DNA of 62,622 nucleotides, the filler included. It is 19 parts of 19 records of this genome, joined end to end, with 100 filler letters (N's around TTAATTAATTAA, not from the genome) between each part and the next. Parts side by side here need not be neighbours in the genome. Positions count along the whole stretch, not along the records: positions 31,298 to 33,709 come from SRR16133337_2094; positions 33,810 to 37,007 come from SRR16133337_2096; positions 37,108 to 39,438 come from SRR16133337_2354; positions 39,539 to 42,218 come from SRR16133337_2357; positions 42,319 to 44,324 come from SRR16133337_2404; 14 more parts are not named here. One strand, 5' to 3'. The stretch's first letter is position 1; every line of letters begins with the position of its first letter. The position numbers were made by a program, and so were the translations under genes. Of the stretch, positions 33,267 through 43,607 are shown in pieces. The notes beneath the pieces are model-generated. The model saw only the letters and a list, made by a program, of their open reading frames with translations. It did not search any database and was not told the DNA's origin.

Positions 33267-33809
33267 GTACATTACGACATATACTATTTTTTGTATTGTG
33301 GGGACAAACATTGTACTTTTGTTTTATGATTTTTAAATGTGAGAGGCTCCTAGTTTTATACCGAAACAAATCAAAATATATAAATGTGGATTTCAAAATT
33401 GTATACTTTTCAAAACATAAAAATTGTTATTAAAAAACAAAAAACATCTTACAGGAAAGTTGAACTGAAAATTCACGTTGTTTGCTACAAGTAACGTATA
33501 TTTTCAACAAAACGGAGCTCCAAATTGCAATTAGTGCAGCTCTTCTAAAAAGAAAGTTTTTTGCTAAGAATATAAAAAAATGAGGGATTTTAATGTTTTT
33601 CTTTTCAAAATAAATTGTGAGAGTGAACTTACGTCAATACGTGTGAATTTTATTTCACAAAGAGCTTCTTACACGCTGTTTTCGAACATGTAAAATTTAT
33701 TTATTTATTNNNNNNNNNNNNNNNNNNNNNNNNNNNNNNNNNNNNNNNNNNNNTTAATTAATTAANNNNNNNNNNNNNNNNNNNNNNNNNNNNNNNNNNN
33801 NNNNNNNNN

Positions 33810-34189
33810 TAATCGGCAAAGAAGTAGAACAAGCTTTAAGAGACGCTATAGAAGGAACAAATGTCGTCATCAATGAATTTACCGTTACCACTCAAATAAC
33901 TCCGAAAAAAGGATTGCCCTACCATCAATGGTTTATTGAGTTTGAAAACGAACCCGAAGATATGGATGCTTTTGCAACAAAAATTGACCTCTCAATGCAA
34001 GATCAAAACATTAATTATTTCGATTTAATTAAAGGAAAAGTATTGAGACCTCTTATTATTTATAAAGTGAACAAAGGAGGTTTTCATACGTATATGAAAT
34101 CAATTGGGAAGTTTGGAGGTCAAAATAAAATTCCGAAATTGTCTGACAGTCGTGAAATTGCAGAGGTATTAGAAGGGTTTATGATTTAA
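33810..34189 (+). CDS. GH3 (auxin-responsive promoter) family acyl-adenylate-forming protein, 3' part
   Basis: IGKEVEQAL...EFTV...GLPYHQWFIEF...YMKSIGKFGGQNKIPKLSDSR; 5' part cut by the contig start. Confidence 0.88.
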
Positions 34190-34352
34190 TAATTTTAGCT
34201 AATTTATTTTTGTTTGTAACAAGCCCCTATTTTCAAGCATCACATCGCTAGGGTTTTAAATAAAAAGTGAAAAATTAATAAAAAAGGTCAACCCTAATCA
34301 GAGAAGTACACAAAATGAAAAGTGAAAAGACTGCAAGATAACCAAACAGATA

Positions 34353-34390
34353 GGCAATAAGTAAAAGCTTATAGCCCATAGTTGTGTAAC
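34353..34390 (+). other. Putative left recombination site of a cassette
   Basis: Imperfect inverted repeat GGCAATAAG-taaaag-CTTATAGCC followed by the core GTTGTGTAAC, 16 bp before the first ATG. Confidence 0.4.
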
Positions 34391-34406
34391 ATACCGACCA
34401 AAACTT

Positions 34407-34943
34407 ATGAACGATAGAAAAATAATATTTGTTGGAGGAATTCATGGAGTTGGAAAAGGAACTGTTTGTAAGGAAATAGCCGACAAATTTGGTTTCCAGC
34501 ATCTATCTGCAAGTGAGGTATTAAAATGGAATGAAATAAGTGATTTAAAAAATAAAAAAGTACAGAATTTTGCAACTACCCAAGATAGATTACTTAACAA
34601 TCTGAATCAAATAATAGAACCAAACAAAATGTATTTGCTTGATGGACATTTTACATTATTGAATTCAATTGGAGAGCCTGAAAAAATCGATGAATCGACT
34701 TTTGTAGGAATTCAACCAAATTCAATAATACTTCTGACTTGCGAACCTAAAATTATTTATGAAAGACTGAATCAAAGAGATAACTCGGTTTACGATTTAG
34801 ATATTCTCAAAAAAATGCAACAAATAGAGATTGAACACGCCAATCATATTTCACATAAATTAAAGATCCCTTTATTTACAGTTGTAAATGGCGATACAAT
34901 TTCAATACTTGACCATTTAAAAAATTATGAGAATATTAATTGA
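34407..34943 (+). CDS. P-loop nucleotide kinase (adenylate-kinase-like, AAA_17/18 type)
   Basis: Walker A GGIHGVGKGT, HLSASE, LLDGHF and lid region ERLNQRD. Confidence 0.85.
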   Translation: MNDRKIIFVGGIHGVGKGTVCKEIADKFGFQHLSASEVLKWNEISDLKNKKVQNFATTQDRLLNNLNQIIEPNKMYLLDGHFTLLNSIGEPEKIDESTFVGIQPNSIILLTCEPKIIYERLNQRDNSVYDLDILKKMQQIEIEHANHISHKLKIPLFTVVNGDTISILDHLKNYENIN

Positions 34944-36429
34944 TACAAACATAGTTATTCATCGTGAAGCAAGCCGAGTTGTAAACGAGGATATTGGATT
35001 GCTTTTCAACTGGCTTGACAGATTAAAATATGAGAAATGTATTCATCCACTTTCAATTGAAGAAATTTCTGGTCATCAAGATGAACAAGTTGTAAAAACA
35101 ATGAAAATTAAGATTGCCAACTACAATCTTTTGAAAACAGAATCGCCAGATGACCAATTAATTGCTCAAATAAGACAATCTGATAACTCACGTAATGACT
35201 TCATCGATACGAGTATTGTAAAAGAGGTTTACAATAACCGGATGGACTATTTGATAACTGAAGACAGAGGAATACACAGAAAAGCGAAATTTCTTAGTTG
35301 TGCTGAAAAAGTATTTAAAATAGATGCATTTTTAGAAAAATGTATTGCAGAAAATCCTGACTTAAAAAATTATCAAGTATTAGCTGTTAAGAAAGAATAT
35401 TTTGGCAACATCAATCTTGACGATAAATTTTTTAATTCATTCAAGCAAGACTACAAAGAGTTTGGAGATTGGTTTAATAGAAAAGCAGACAATGTCTCAT
35501 ACGTATGTATTACAGATGGAGATGTGAAAGCTTTTCTATATTTAAAACAAGAAGGTACTAATGAGATTTATAATGATATACAGCCTGTTTTTCCTCAAAA
35601 GAAAAGGTTAAAAATTGGCACTTTCAAGGTAACTTCAACGGGCTTTAAATTAGGAGAACGATTTCTAAAAGTAATTTTTGACAATGCACTTCAATATGAC
35701 GTAGAGGAAATTTATGTAACCATATTCGATAAAAGAGATGAACAATTAAGACTAATTTATTTACTCAAAGATTGGAGTTTTAAATATTGGGGAGAAAAAA
35801 CAACTGATGATGGCATTGAACAGGTCTTTGTTCGGGAATGTAAGCCAACACCCAATTTACAACAACCAAAACTGTCTTTTCCAGCTGTATCAAAAAATAC
35901 GTCAAAATGGATAGTTCCTATTTATCCCGAATATCATACGGAATTATTTCCTGATTCAATACTAAATAATGAGTCGCCACAAGATTTCATAGAGAATGAA
36001 CCATACCGAAATGCTATTAAAAAAGTGTATATCTCACGCTCCTACAATAGAGGTTTGAAAGGAGGAGATTTAGTACTGTTTTACAGAACCGGCGGTCATT
36101 ACGCTGGCGTAGTGTCAACCATCGGAGTAGTGGAAAACATTGTTACCGATATTCGAGATGAAAATCATTTCATTGAACTTTGTCGCAAAAGAAGTGTCTT
36201 TGATAATACAGAGCTAAAAAAATATTGGAATTGGAATAAAAATAATAGACCTTTTATCGTTAATTTTTTATACATTGACTCATTCCCAATGCCAAAAGTT
36301 AACTTAAAGAGATTGAGGGAATTAAATATAATACAAAATGCTCCACGAGGTTTTGAACCTTTGAGCAACGACAAATTTGAACAAATTTTAAAAGAAGCAA
36401 GAGCTAATGAAAGTTATATTATCGATTAA
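34927..36429 (+). CDS. PIN nuclease - GNAT acetyltransferase - PUA-like (EVE/ASCH) fusion protein
   Basis: PIN: ILIDTNIVI, DFIDTSI, YLITEDRGI. GNAT-like: LKIGTFKV...GFKLGERFLKVIFDNA...IYVTIF. PUA-like: IVPIYPEYH...KKVYIS...LKGGDLVLFY...TIGVVE. Confidence 0.8.
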   Translation: MRILIDTNIVIHREASRVVNEDIGLLFNWLDRLKYEKCIHPLSIEEISGHQDEQVVKTMKIKIANYNLLKTESPDDQLIAQIRQSDNSRNDFIDTSIVKEVYNNRMDYLITEDRGIHRKAKFLSCAEKVFKIDAFLEKCIAENPDLKNYQVLAVKKEYFGNINLDDKFFNSFKQDYKEFGDWFNRKADNVSYVCITDGDVKAFLYLKQEGTNEIYNDIQPVFPQKKRLKIGTFKVTSTGFKLGERFLKVIFDNALQYDVEEIYVTIFDKRDEQLRLIYLLKDWSFKYWGEKTTDDGIEQVFVRECKPTPNLQQPKLSFPAVSKNTSKWIVPIYPEYHTELFPDSILNNESPQDFIENEPYRNAIKKVYISRSYNRGLKGGDLVLFYRTGGHYAGVVSTIGVVENIVTDIRDENHFIELCRKRSVFDNTELKKYWNWNKNNRPFIVNFLYIDSFPMPKVNLKRLRELNIIQNAPRGFEPLSNDKFEQILKEARANESYIID

Positions 36430-36778
36430 ACCAGAGTTTGCAAACAAGATATTTAATGGAACAAAAAAGTTTGAATTTCGAAGAACGTTATTCAAAAACA
36501 AGGAAGTAAAAAACATAGTAGTTTATGCATCTGCACCAATTAGCAAAATAATCGGAGAATTCGAGATTGATAGTATTTTTCACGAAAATTTAAATATTCT
36601 TTGGAATCAAACATCAAAATTCTCTGGAATTTCTGAAGATTACTATACACAATATTTCCAAGGTAAAGATAGTGGTTATGCTATTAAAGTGAAGAATCCG
36701 AAAAAGTACGAAAAGGAACTTTGTATTAAACAGAATTTCGGCATCAATCCGCCACAGTCATTTGCTTATTTACGCTAA
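36407..36778 (+). CDS. Stand-alone ASCH domain protein
   Basis: ILSIKPEFANKIFNGTKKFEFRR (GxKxxExR signature), VVYASAP and PPQSFAYL. Confidence 0.9.
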   Translation: MKVILSIKPEFANKIFNGTKKFEFRRTLFKNKEVKNIVVYASAPISKIIGEFEIDSIFHENLNILWNQTSKFSGISEDYYTQYFQGKDSGYAIKVKNPKKYEKELCIKQNFGINPPQSFAYLR

Positions 36779-36783
36779 AGTAC

Positions 36784-36913
36784 GTTGTACAACGTATATA
36801 AAAAATAGCGGTTTTAAGTGCTTAAACGAATATGAGTTTTTATAAATTTAAAGTCTGTGTTTAACTGAAAAGTTAGTGCGTAAAATCCGCTACTTTTCAT
36901 ATACAAAGCCGTT
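36784..36913. repeat. attC-like imperfect palindrome (about 130 bp)
   Basis: Left arm AAC-GTATATAAAAAATAGCGGTTTTA pairs with right arm TAAAATCCGCTACTTTTCATATAC...GTT. It starts 5 bp after the ASCH stop codon. Confidence 0.7.
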
Positions 36914-36972
36914 TAAAACAAAAAATTTGAAAAGCTATTAAGATGAAATAGCTGTTTTATTAAATTTGAACA

Positions 36973-37007
36973 ATGAGTATAAAAGAAGTTCTTGCAATTC
37001 CATTTGC
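36973..37007 (+). CDS. Start of a probable second GH3-family gene (cut by the contig end)
   Basis: MSIKEVLAIPF resembles flavobacterial GH3 N-termini as I recall them; TAAATTTG element at 36961-36968. Only 11 codons are visible. Confidence 0.45.
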
Positions 37008-39126
37008 NNNNNNNNNNNNNNNNNNNNNNNNNNNNNNNNNNNNNNNNNNNNTTAATTAATTAANNNNNNNNNNNNNNNNNNNNNNNNNNNNNNNNNNNNN
37101 NNNNNNNGCTGTTTTTTTCTACCGGAACTTTGAATCTCCTCTTTCATTTCCACTCAACATATCCTGATGAAGTTTTAGAAGAGGGATATCATATTCAGAA
37201 CTGATTTCACTTGAATATTTGTTTTCAAAAGTTCATTTAATTCAAACTTTAGAACTAAATCGGTGATCAAAGAAAAAGTATTTGTTGCAAAATTTTTTTG
37301 GCAAATTCGTTCCCTAGCTTTTATGAAAATAATAACACAGTTTTTCTTCGCCGGACAAATTTGCTAATGCACCAAATTTGTTTTACTCCAACATATAGGG
37401 TGGCAGGGTATGAACCCTATCATGATTTACACGTCTCAGTGGTGGTTTCAAATGATTTTTTTTGTACATTTCAATTTCATTTTTCACTTTTCGTTTTTCA
37501 TTTGCCCACATTCTGGAGTTTCAGTTGTGTGATACCTTGAATTTTCAATTTTGGGTGGTAAAAGTACAACACAAATTAAAAGTATGGTAAAAATATACTG
37601 TTACACGTGCGAAAAAGCGTGAAAAAAGATGCAAAATTAATTTGACGCGAAAAGAATTTCACGTTTTCATTAAAATATTCAATATTTTCATCCATGTTTC
37701 CGTTACTGATTACACAGCCATGAAAAACATGAAGTGGTGGAGGTGATGTGGGAGTGGTATCAAGCATTTCGTTTTCACACGTTACTTGTGTAGGGAGGGT
37801 GTGTGGTGGAGTGGAAAGGGTGTAGTGTGGGAGGGATGGCCCCCGTAAGTTGATGAGCCATCTGATAAAAAAAAGTCGGTGTCACAAAATATTCTTTTGC
37901 AAGAAATTAATACTTTTGCAATTGAATGTGTCGAAAAGAGTTGAATAAATGTTTACCAAGAAAATAAAAAATAATCGCAAAATTATGTTTTTGTTTTTCA
38001 AAATGAACTTTGGGCTTGAATTTCATTTCAAAGGTCAAAATTATGAAACAAGTGCAATTGGTTACAGTTTTGAGTGTCTTGGCTTTGAACTAATAGTTAT
38101 TATTGTTGTGTGTGTTTTAGAGATCTTTGGCGTGAATGGTCTGTTTTGCTCATTGTCCTTGTGCTGTTTCTAATAACTGACTTTATGTTTTTGGGAGAGA
38201 CAACGTTTGTTTTTGATCCTTCATTGAAATCGTGGTCCGCAAAGACAGGCGTTAATAAGGTTGACTAGTGGCAGTGGATTGAGTTAATGGAGTGTGTTTT
38301 GCAAGATACCGGGGGAAAGAAGGCGCCTTTTTTTAATGTGAAGTTTGAGCAAAAACTCCTGTGTTCCGATTGTTGGACAAAACCTGAATATTTTCATTCT
38401 ATAAAAAGGATACATATATAAACGACAGTGTAATTAATTTTTGTTGTGTTGTTTTTAAGTTTTAACCGCGGGATTGAAATGAGTTTTCAACACACTAATT
38501 TTGGAAATTTTATAATTTTGCCGCAGTTGTTAAAATTTCGGGAGAACATAAAATTAGGGGTTTGTAGAAATAAAAGACTTCATGGTGCCACTCACAGCGA
38601 ACCCAAACCAAGTTCACCCGTGAAAGCTTCGTTCGGGTTCGCTGCATGTGACTAGCAATAATTTTTGCTATAGGTTTCCACCGTTCTATCCTCACACTAG
38701 GAAAAGCTGCTAGGGAAGAGAAAATTACAGAACTTATGGAAAATTTACTAAAAATACATCATTTTGAAATTGCATAAAGCTATTTTAGTGGAAATTCCAT
38801 GTTTTCACAATTCCTCAAGCTGTGAAACTTTAATTGGCAATTCAAAAAATCAAAGAAAATGTAACAAGTACGAACTAGAAACTTTAGAACGCGATTCTAA
38901 TTTTTTTGCTGAAATTCGTCAGCAGTGCATTTTTATGCAACATAAATCTCCTCCTACATACTATCACAATATTGTTGTGTCTTCAACAACTAGATCCAAA
39001 AATTATTCTAGATCTGTAGCTCAATAGTGTTGAGATTTTACAAACACATGTTTAATTCTAACTGTTACAAGCAGAAAACACAACAACGAAACGCAAACAC
39101 AATTTTTTATAAAAAAAGACACGTGT

Positions 39127-39423
39127 TTATTGTCTTCTGAAAATAAAAGCTTCAACAGAAGTCCCAGAACTCGTGACTAGCTCGTATCCGTGTTCGTGCA
39201 TATAATTCAAGATTTTCATGACACTTTTGGATCTATTTTGAACTGTAAACAAATCGCCCCGCATGTGATATGTTGTTTCGTTTTGAAGATGGTAGGATCT
39301 AATTGCACCAGTGAAAACTTCCAACAATCCATCGCCTAATTTGTCGTCATCAGCTCCAAGCATAGTAATCCAGTCTTTGTTTGAAAATTCAACGATAACA
39401 TAAGGTGTAGGAGAGGACGACAT
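39127..39423 (-). CDS. Small eukaryotic protein, GFRP/KCTD-C-terminal-like fold
   Basis: Clean 98-aa ATG-to-TAA ORF; PYVIV at the N-terminus and ILNYMHEHGYELVTSSG...FIFRR at the C-terminus. Confidence 0.6.
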   Translation of the reverse strand: MSSSPTPYVIVEFSNKDWITMLGADDDKLGDGLLEVFTGAIRSYHLQNETTYHMRGDLFTVQNRSKSVMKILNYMHEHGYELVTSSGTSVEAFIFRRQ

Positions 39424-39538
39424 TTCTAATTTCTATAANNNNNNNNNNNNNNNNNNNNNNNNNNNNNNNNNNNNNNNNNNNNTTAATTAATTAANNNNNN
39501 NNNNNNNNNNNNNNNNNNNNNNNNNNNNNNNNNNNNNN

Positions 39539-39555
39539 CGACGCTCTTCCGATCT
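39539..39555 (+). other. Illumina adapter remnant
   Basis: CGACGCTCTTCCGATCT is the 3' end of the TruSeq read-1 adapter. Confidence 0.97.
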
Positions 39556-39597
39556 TTATAATAATATAGTATATTTATATTTTTATAACAATAAAAC

Positions 39598-39668
39598 CAG
39601 TTAATGATTTAATGGTAAAATAATTACCTGATAAGTAATTTATAAAGGTTCGACTCCCTTTTAACTGA
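39598..39668 (+). tRNA. trnI: Mitochondrial tRNA-Ile (GAU)
   Basis: Acceptor stem CAGTTAA/TTAACTG; anticodon arm ATTAC-CTGATAA-GTAAT; T loop TTCGACT. Confidence 0.9.
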
Positions 39669-39669
39669 T

Positions 39670-41499
39670 ATATATATATATATATGAAATTCAATATGAT
39701 TATATATAATAATATTGTTAAGTATTATTATTATTTTAAGTTTAGTTAATAGTTTAAATACTAAATTTATGCTTTGACTTTTTTTAATTTCCTTCAACTT
39801 CCTTTTTATTTTAATTTTATGAAATTATTATATTACTTTTTGAACTGCTACTGTTACTATTAATAATACTATTAGTAATACTCAGCTATATTGAATATTT
39901 TTAAATACTCAATTTTATTATTGTTACTACTATATTTTATATTTTTTATTTTATTTTATTTTATTTGTTAATAAATTTTATTTAATAACTGCTATAGCTT
40001 ATCAACAACTAAGTTTATTAAAAATATTAATTTGAGTACAACTATATATATATTGACATTTTTTAATACTATTTCAATTTATTATGTATGCTATATATTT
40101 TTTATTAATTTTGAGCAATGCGCTATTTAGCTACAATACTTGAGAAATTACATCTTGAGGATTTAATCAAAACTTTTATACTATATCTACTAAACTAACT
40201 TATATAACTTCATTGCAATATTTATTTATTTTATTATCAATTTTTTTAACCCCTTTATCATTATTTAGTAATTGAAATGACTTAAAATTTAAAACGCTAA
40301 ATATTAAATTATTTTTATTAACTCTAACTACTTTAATTTTATTTTTAATTATAAGTTTTTCAACCTTTAATTTATTTATATTTATTATTATGTTTGAAAG
40401 TACCACACTCCCTTTATTTTTTTTAATTAACCTATTTGGTCATAGAGCTAAAAAATATCGAGCAGCCTGGTATCTATTCATTTATACACTTCTGGGTTCA
40501 ATTTTTTTACTAGGTAGTGTTATTTTAATTTATTATCAATATAAAACAGTAAATTTATTTGAAATTTTATTTAATTACCAATTTAATAATATTTCTTTTG
40601 AAAGATTTAAACTAATTTGACTTGGTTTATTCTTGGGTTTTGCTATAAAAATACCCATCGCCCCCTTCCATATGTGACTACCTGAAGCACACGTTGAAGC
40701 CCCTACAGCAGGCTCTATTTTACTAGCAGGGATTTTACTAAAATTAGGGGGCTACGGTATTATTTTTTTTATGCTACCCTTTTTCAATAATAATTATTTT
40801 TTACCTTTTATATTTACACTAACCATAGTTAGTATGGTATACTCTTCATTTTTACTGTTTAGGGAAACCCATTTAAAAAAAATTATCGCTTACTCCTCTA
40901 TAGTACATATGAATATAGGAGTTTTAGGCTTATTTTCAAATGCTACTGTAGGAATTTTAGGCGGAATTTTTATGATGTTTAGTCACGGTTTTATATCTGC
41001 CGGCCTATTTTATTGCGGAGGGGTGTTATTTAATAGATTTAAAAGCTATGACATTACTATTATTAAAAATTTAAGTAAGTCTATGCCTAAATTTGCATTT
41101 TTTTTTATTTTACTTATTTTTAGCAATATGGGGCTACCCTTAACTTCGGGATTTATTGGAGAATTTTTAATTTTAATAAGTTTTATTAAACAAACATATT
41201 TTATAACTTTAACATTATTAGGTGTTCTTTTACTAAATACTATTTATAATATCTTATTAGTATCTCGTATTCTATACGGCTATTTATTTTGGCCTACGGC
41301 TTTTAAATTTATTAAATTTCATAGATTAATTAGCAAAGTTTCTAATACTCCATGAATACCCTATAGTATTACCCAAGATATCAGTAGACTAGATTTTTTT
41401 TCCTTGAGTGTTCTGGGATTTTATTCTATTATATTTGGTATAATTCCTAATTTTTTATTAAATAGTTTTTATTTAGATTATTATTATAAATTGTTTTAA
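39670..41499 (+). CDS. nad4: Mitochondrial NADH dehydrogenase subunit 4 (TGA=Trp; start uncertain, ATA 39670 or ATG 39769)
   Basis: One continuous frame when TGA is read as Trp. Motifs [56 protein letters not shown], SHG and GLPLTSGFIGE; TAA at 41497-41499. Confidence 0.93.
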
Positions 41500-42218
41500 T
41501 TAATTATATAAATATATCTTTATATTATTTTTGTTATTTAACAAAATTAACTATTTTTACAACATTTTTTGTAGTTTTATTACATTTTTTAGTACCTCAA
41601 CTATTCTCACAGTTTACCTTTTACTATAACTATTATAATTACCATTTAAATTATTTAATTGAATTTAATATTACATATATAGCTAAAACAATGGGTATAC
41701 TGCACTTTACCTCTATGATACTCAAAGGGCATAAATTATTTTTATTTATTTGAATTTTTGGAAATTTTGGTGCTTATGTAGGTTTTATTACATCTTTTAA
41801 CGCTGATTGGGAAATATTATTTATTTGATCTTTTGCTATTTGTTTTTTAATTTACATATACTGAATTTCATTTTTTTTTGGCCAGCTATTTAATAAATGA
41901 ATTAATGACTATAAAATTCCCCTAACTGTAGGATTTATTTTAATTTTTTTTATTGAGCTTTTATCAATTATTATCCGAACATTTAGTTTAACCACAAGGT
42001 TAGCTATTAATACTTTTGCAGGAGCTCTATATCTAATTATTTTAAATAAACTAATCTTCGCAACAGCATTTTTTTCTCATTCTTTTTTTTTTAATTTGTT
42101 TGGGTATTTTATTATTAATTATTTAATTATTGTTATTATTTCTGAATTAATAAAAATTTCAGGGCAATGTTTATTATTTCTTGCTTTGTCTTTTTATTAT
42201 TTATCTGAATCAGAATGT
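41499..42218 (+). CDS. atp6: Mitochondrial ATP synthase subunit a, divergent, stop codon not reached
   Basis: Open with TGA=Trp; IELLSIIIRTFSLTTRLAINTFAG and SELIKISGQCLLF..LS..Y match Atp6. Start probably ATT or ATA. Missed by the ORF track. Confidence 0.85.
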
Positions 42219-43472
42219 NNNNNNNNNNNNNNNNNNNNNNNNNNNNNNNNNNNNNNNNNNNNTTAATTAATTAANNNNNNNNNNNNNNNNNNNNNNNNNN
42301 NNNNNNNNNNNNNNNNNNTGTTGAGGAGTTAACCTTTTTTTTATTCTAATTTAGGTGTTTTTCGAGTTACTTTTTTTCTTTTTTTTGACTCGTCATTTGT
42401 GATGATAAGAGTACCCGTGGTACAAGTGCAGTGGAAACTAAGTTGTTGTGATGAACTAGGATGGAAGGTATATACTGTACCGTGGAATTATGTTCGGTTT
42501 TTGGTCCCCAACAAAATTGAACTAACTTGTCATTTTGATTTGCAGGAACTATGAGGCATATGTACGATTATGGGAAATTTTACCTGCAATGCGCGGAATT
42601 GCATTTTGTTAAAATGTGCTTCTTTTTGAATATACAAACTCAAAAAAATATAGTTTCTTTGTCGAGACAAGTGATCGCAAGTGAACTTATTGCGGTCTAC
42701 AGCCATTGTTTTAAAAAAACTGCCAAATTTGTAACTCTCTTTTTTCATTTCGAAAAATCATTTATAATTATACAGGATGTTTATTGCAGTATGAGTTTCT
42801 TAACTTTACTTTGTCTGTTCAATAATGTACGGGTTTTGGTGGCGAAATAGCAAATGACTTGATGGTTACTTTAAATTGGTGAGATGGAGATGTGTGGTGA
42901 CTGTAGTTGTGAAGGAGGGAGAGAAGGGATCTGTGGAAAATTTTTTTTTTATTTTCAAAGTTTTTACAAATCATAATGTTTGGTCATAGTTTGAAAATGT
43001 ACAAAAAATGTGAAAACTGAAACAAGCTTCAAACATATACATTTCGTGAATCCCAAAAAACAATTTATTTATTATTTTTTTTTGAGAAAATTCATATGTT
43101 GGAAATACTGCTTTTTGGTACTTGTCATATGACGAGTTCCATAAAATATTGTGTTCCAGCATGTATGATTTTCCAAAAAAAACAACCGAGATATTTTTTA
43201 AAAGGATTTTTGTCGCTCACAAAACATTCAACAATATTTCTAAAGATACCTTATTGAAGAAAAAAGCTCGTGAACACATCTAATACATTCAAAAGTGGAT
43301 AAACTCTAAGATATTCGTTTTCATTTCGGAAAATAAATTACATATCCTTTTTGCCAGGATATTAAATTTCACTGTAGAATTGTACGTAAAATTTTACAGT
43401 CAAGTGTATTGTATGTAAAAGTGTGTATTAACAAAATCAGAGGTGATATTTTTGTAATTTATTTGCTCCGTA

Positions 43473-43607
43473 GGTTTTTTTGTTCCACAAGAAACAACAA
43501 CTCCATCACCCGAAATGACAACGGCCCCAACTCTTCATCCAACTAGAAATGGAGACACAGATGGAGGTAACATCGATGATGGCGCACAAGTACAAAACTC
43601 TCAAAAG
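43473..43607 (+). CDS. Putative eukaryotic exon, Thr/Pro-rich
   Basis: AG/GT-bounded; GFFVPQETTTPSPEMTTAPTLHPTRNGDTDGG. Confidence 0.35.

Noticed and set aside
39539-39555. GC-rich motif at the start of the mitochondrial contig
   Set aside because: Illumina adapter contamination.
40390-41355. nad4 as a split gene or pseudogene (two ORFs in the track)
   Set aside because: The breaks are TGA codons at conserved Trp positions (for example HM-TGA-LPEAH), and the frame is continuous under code 4.
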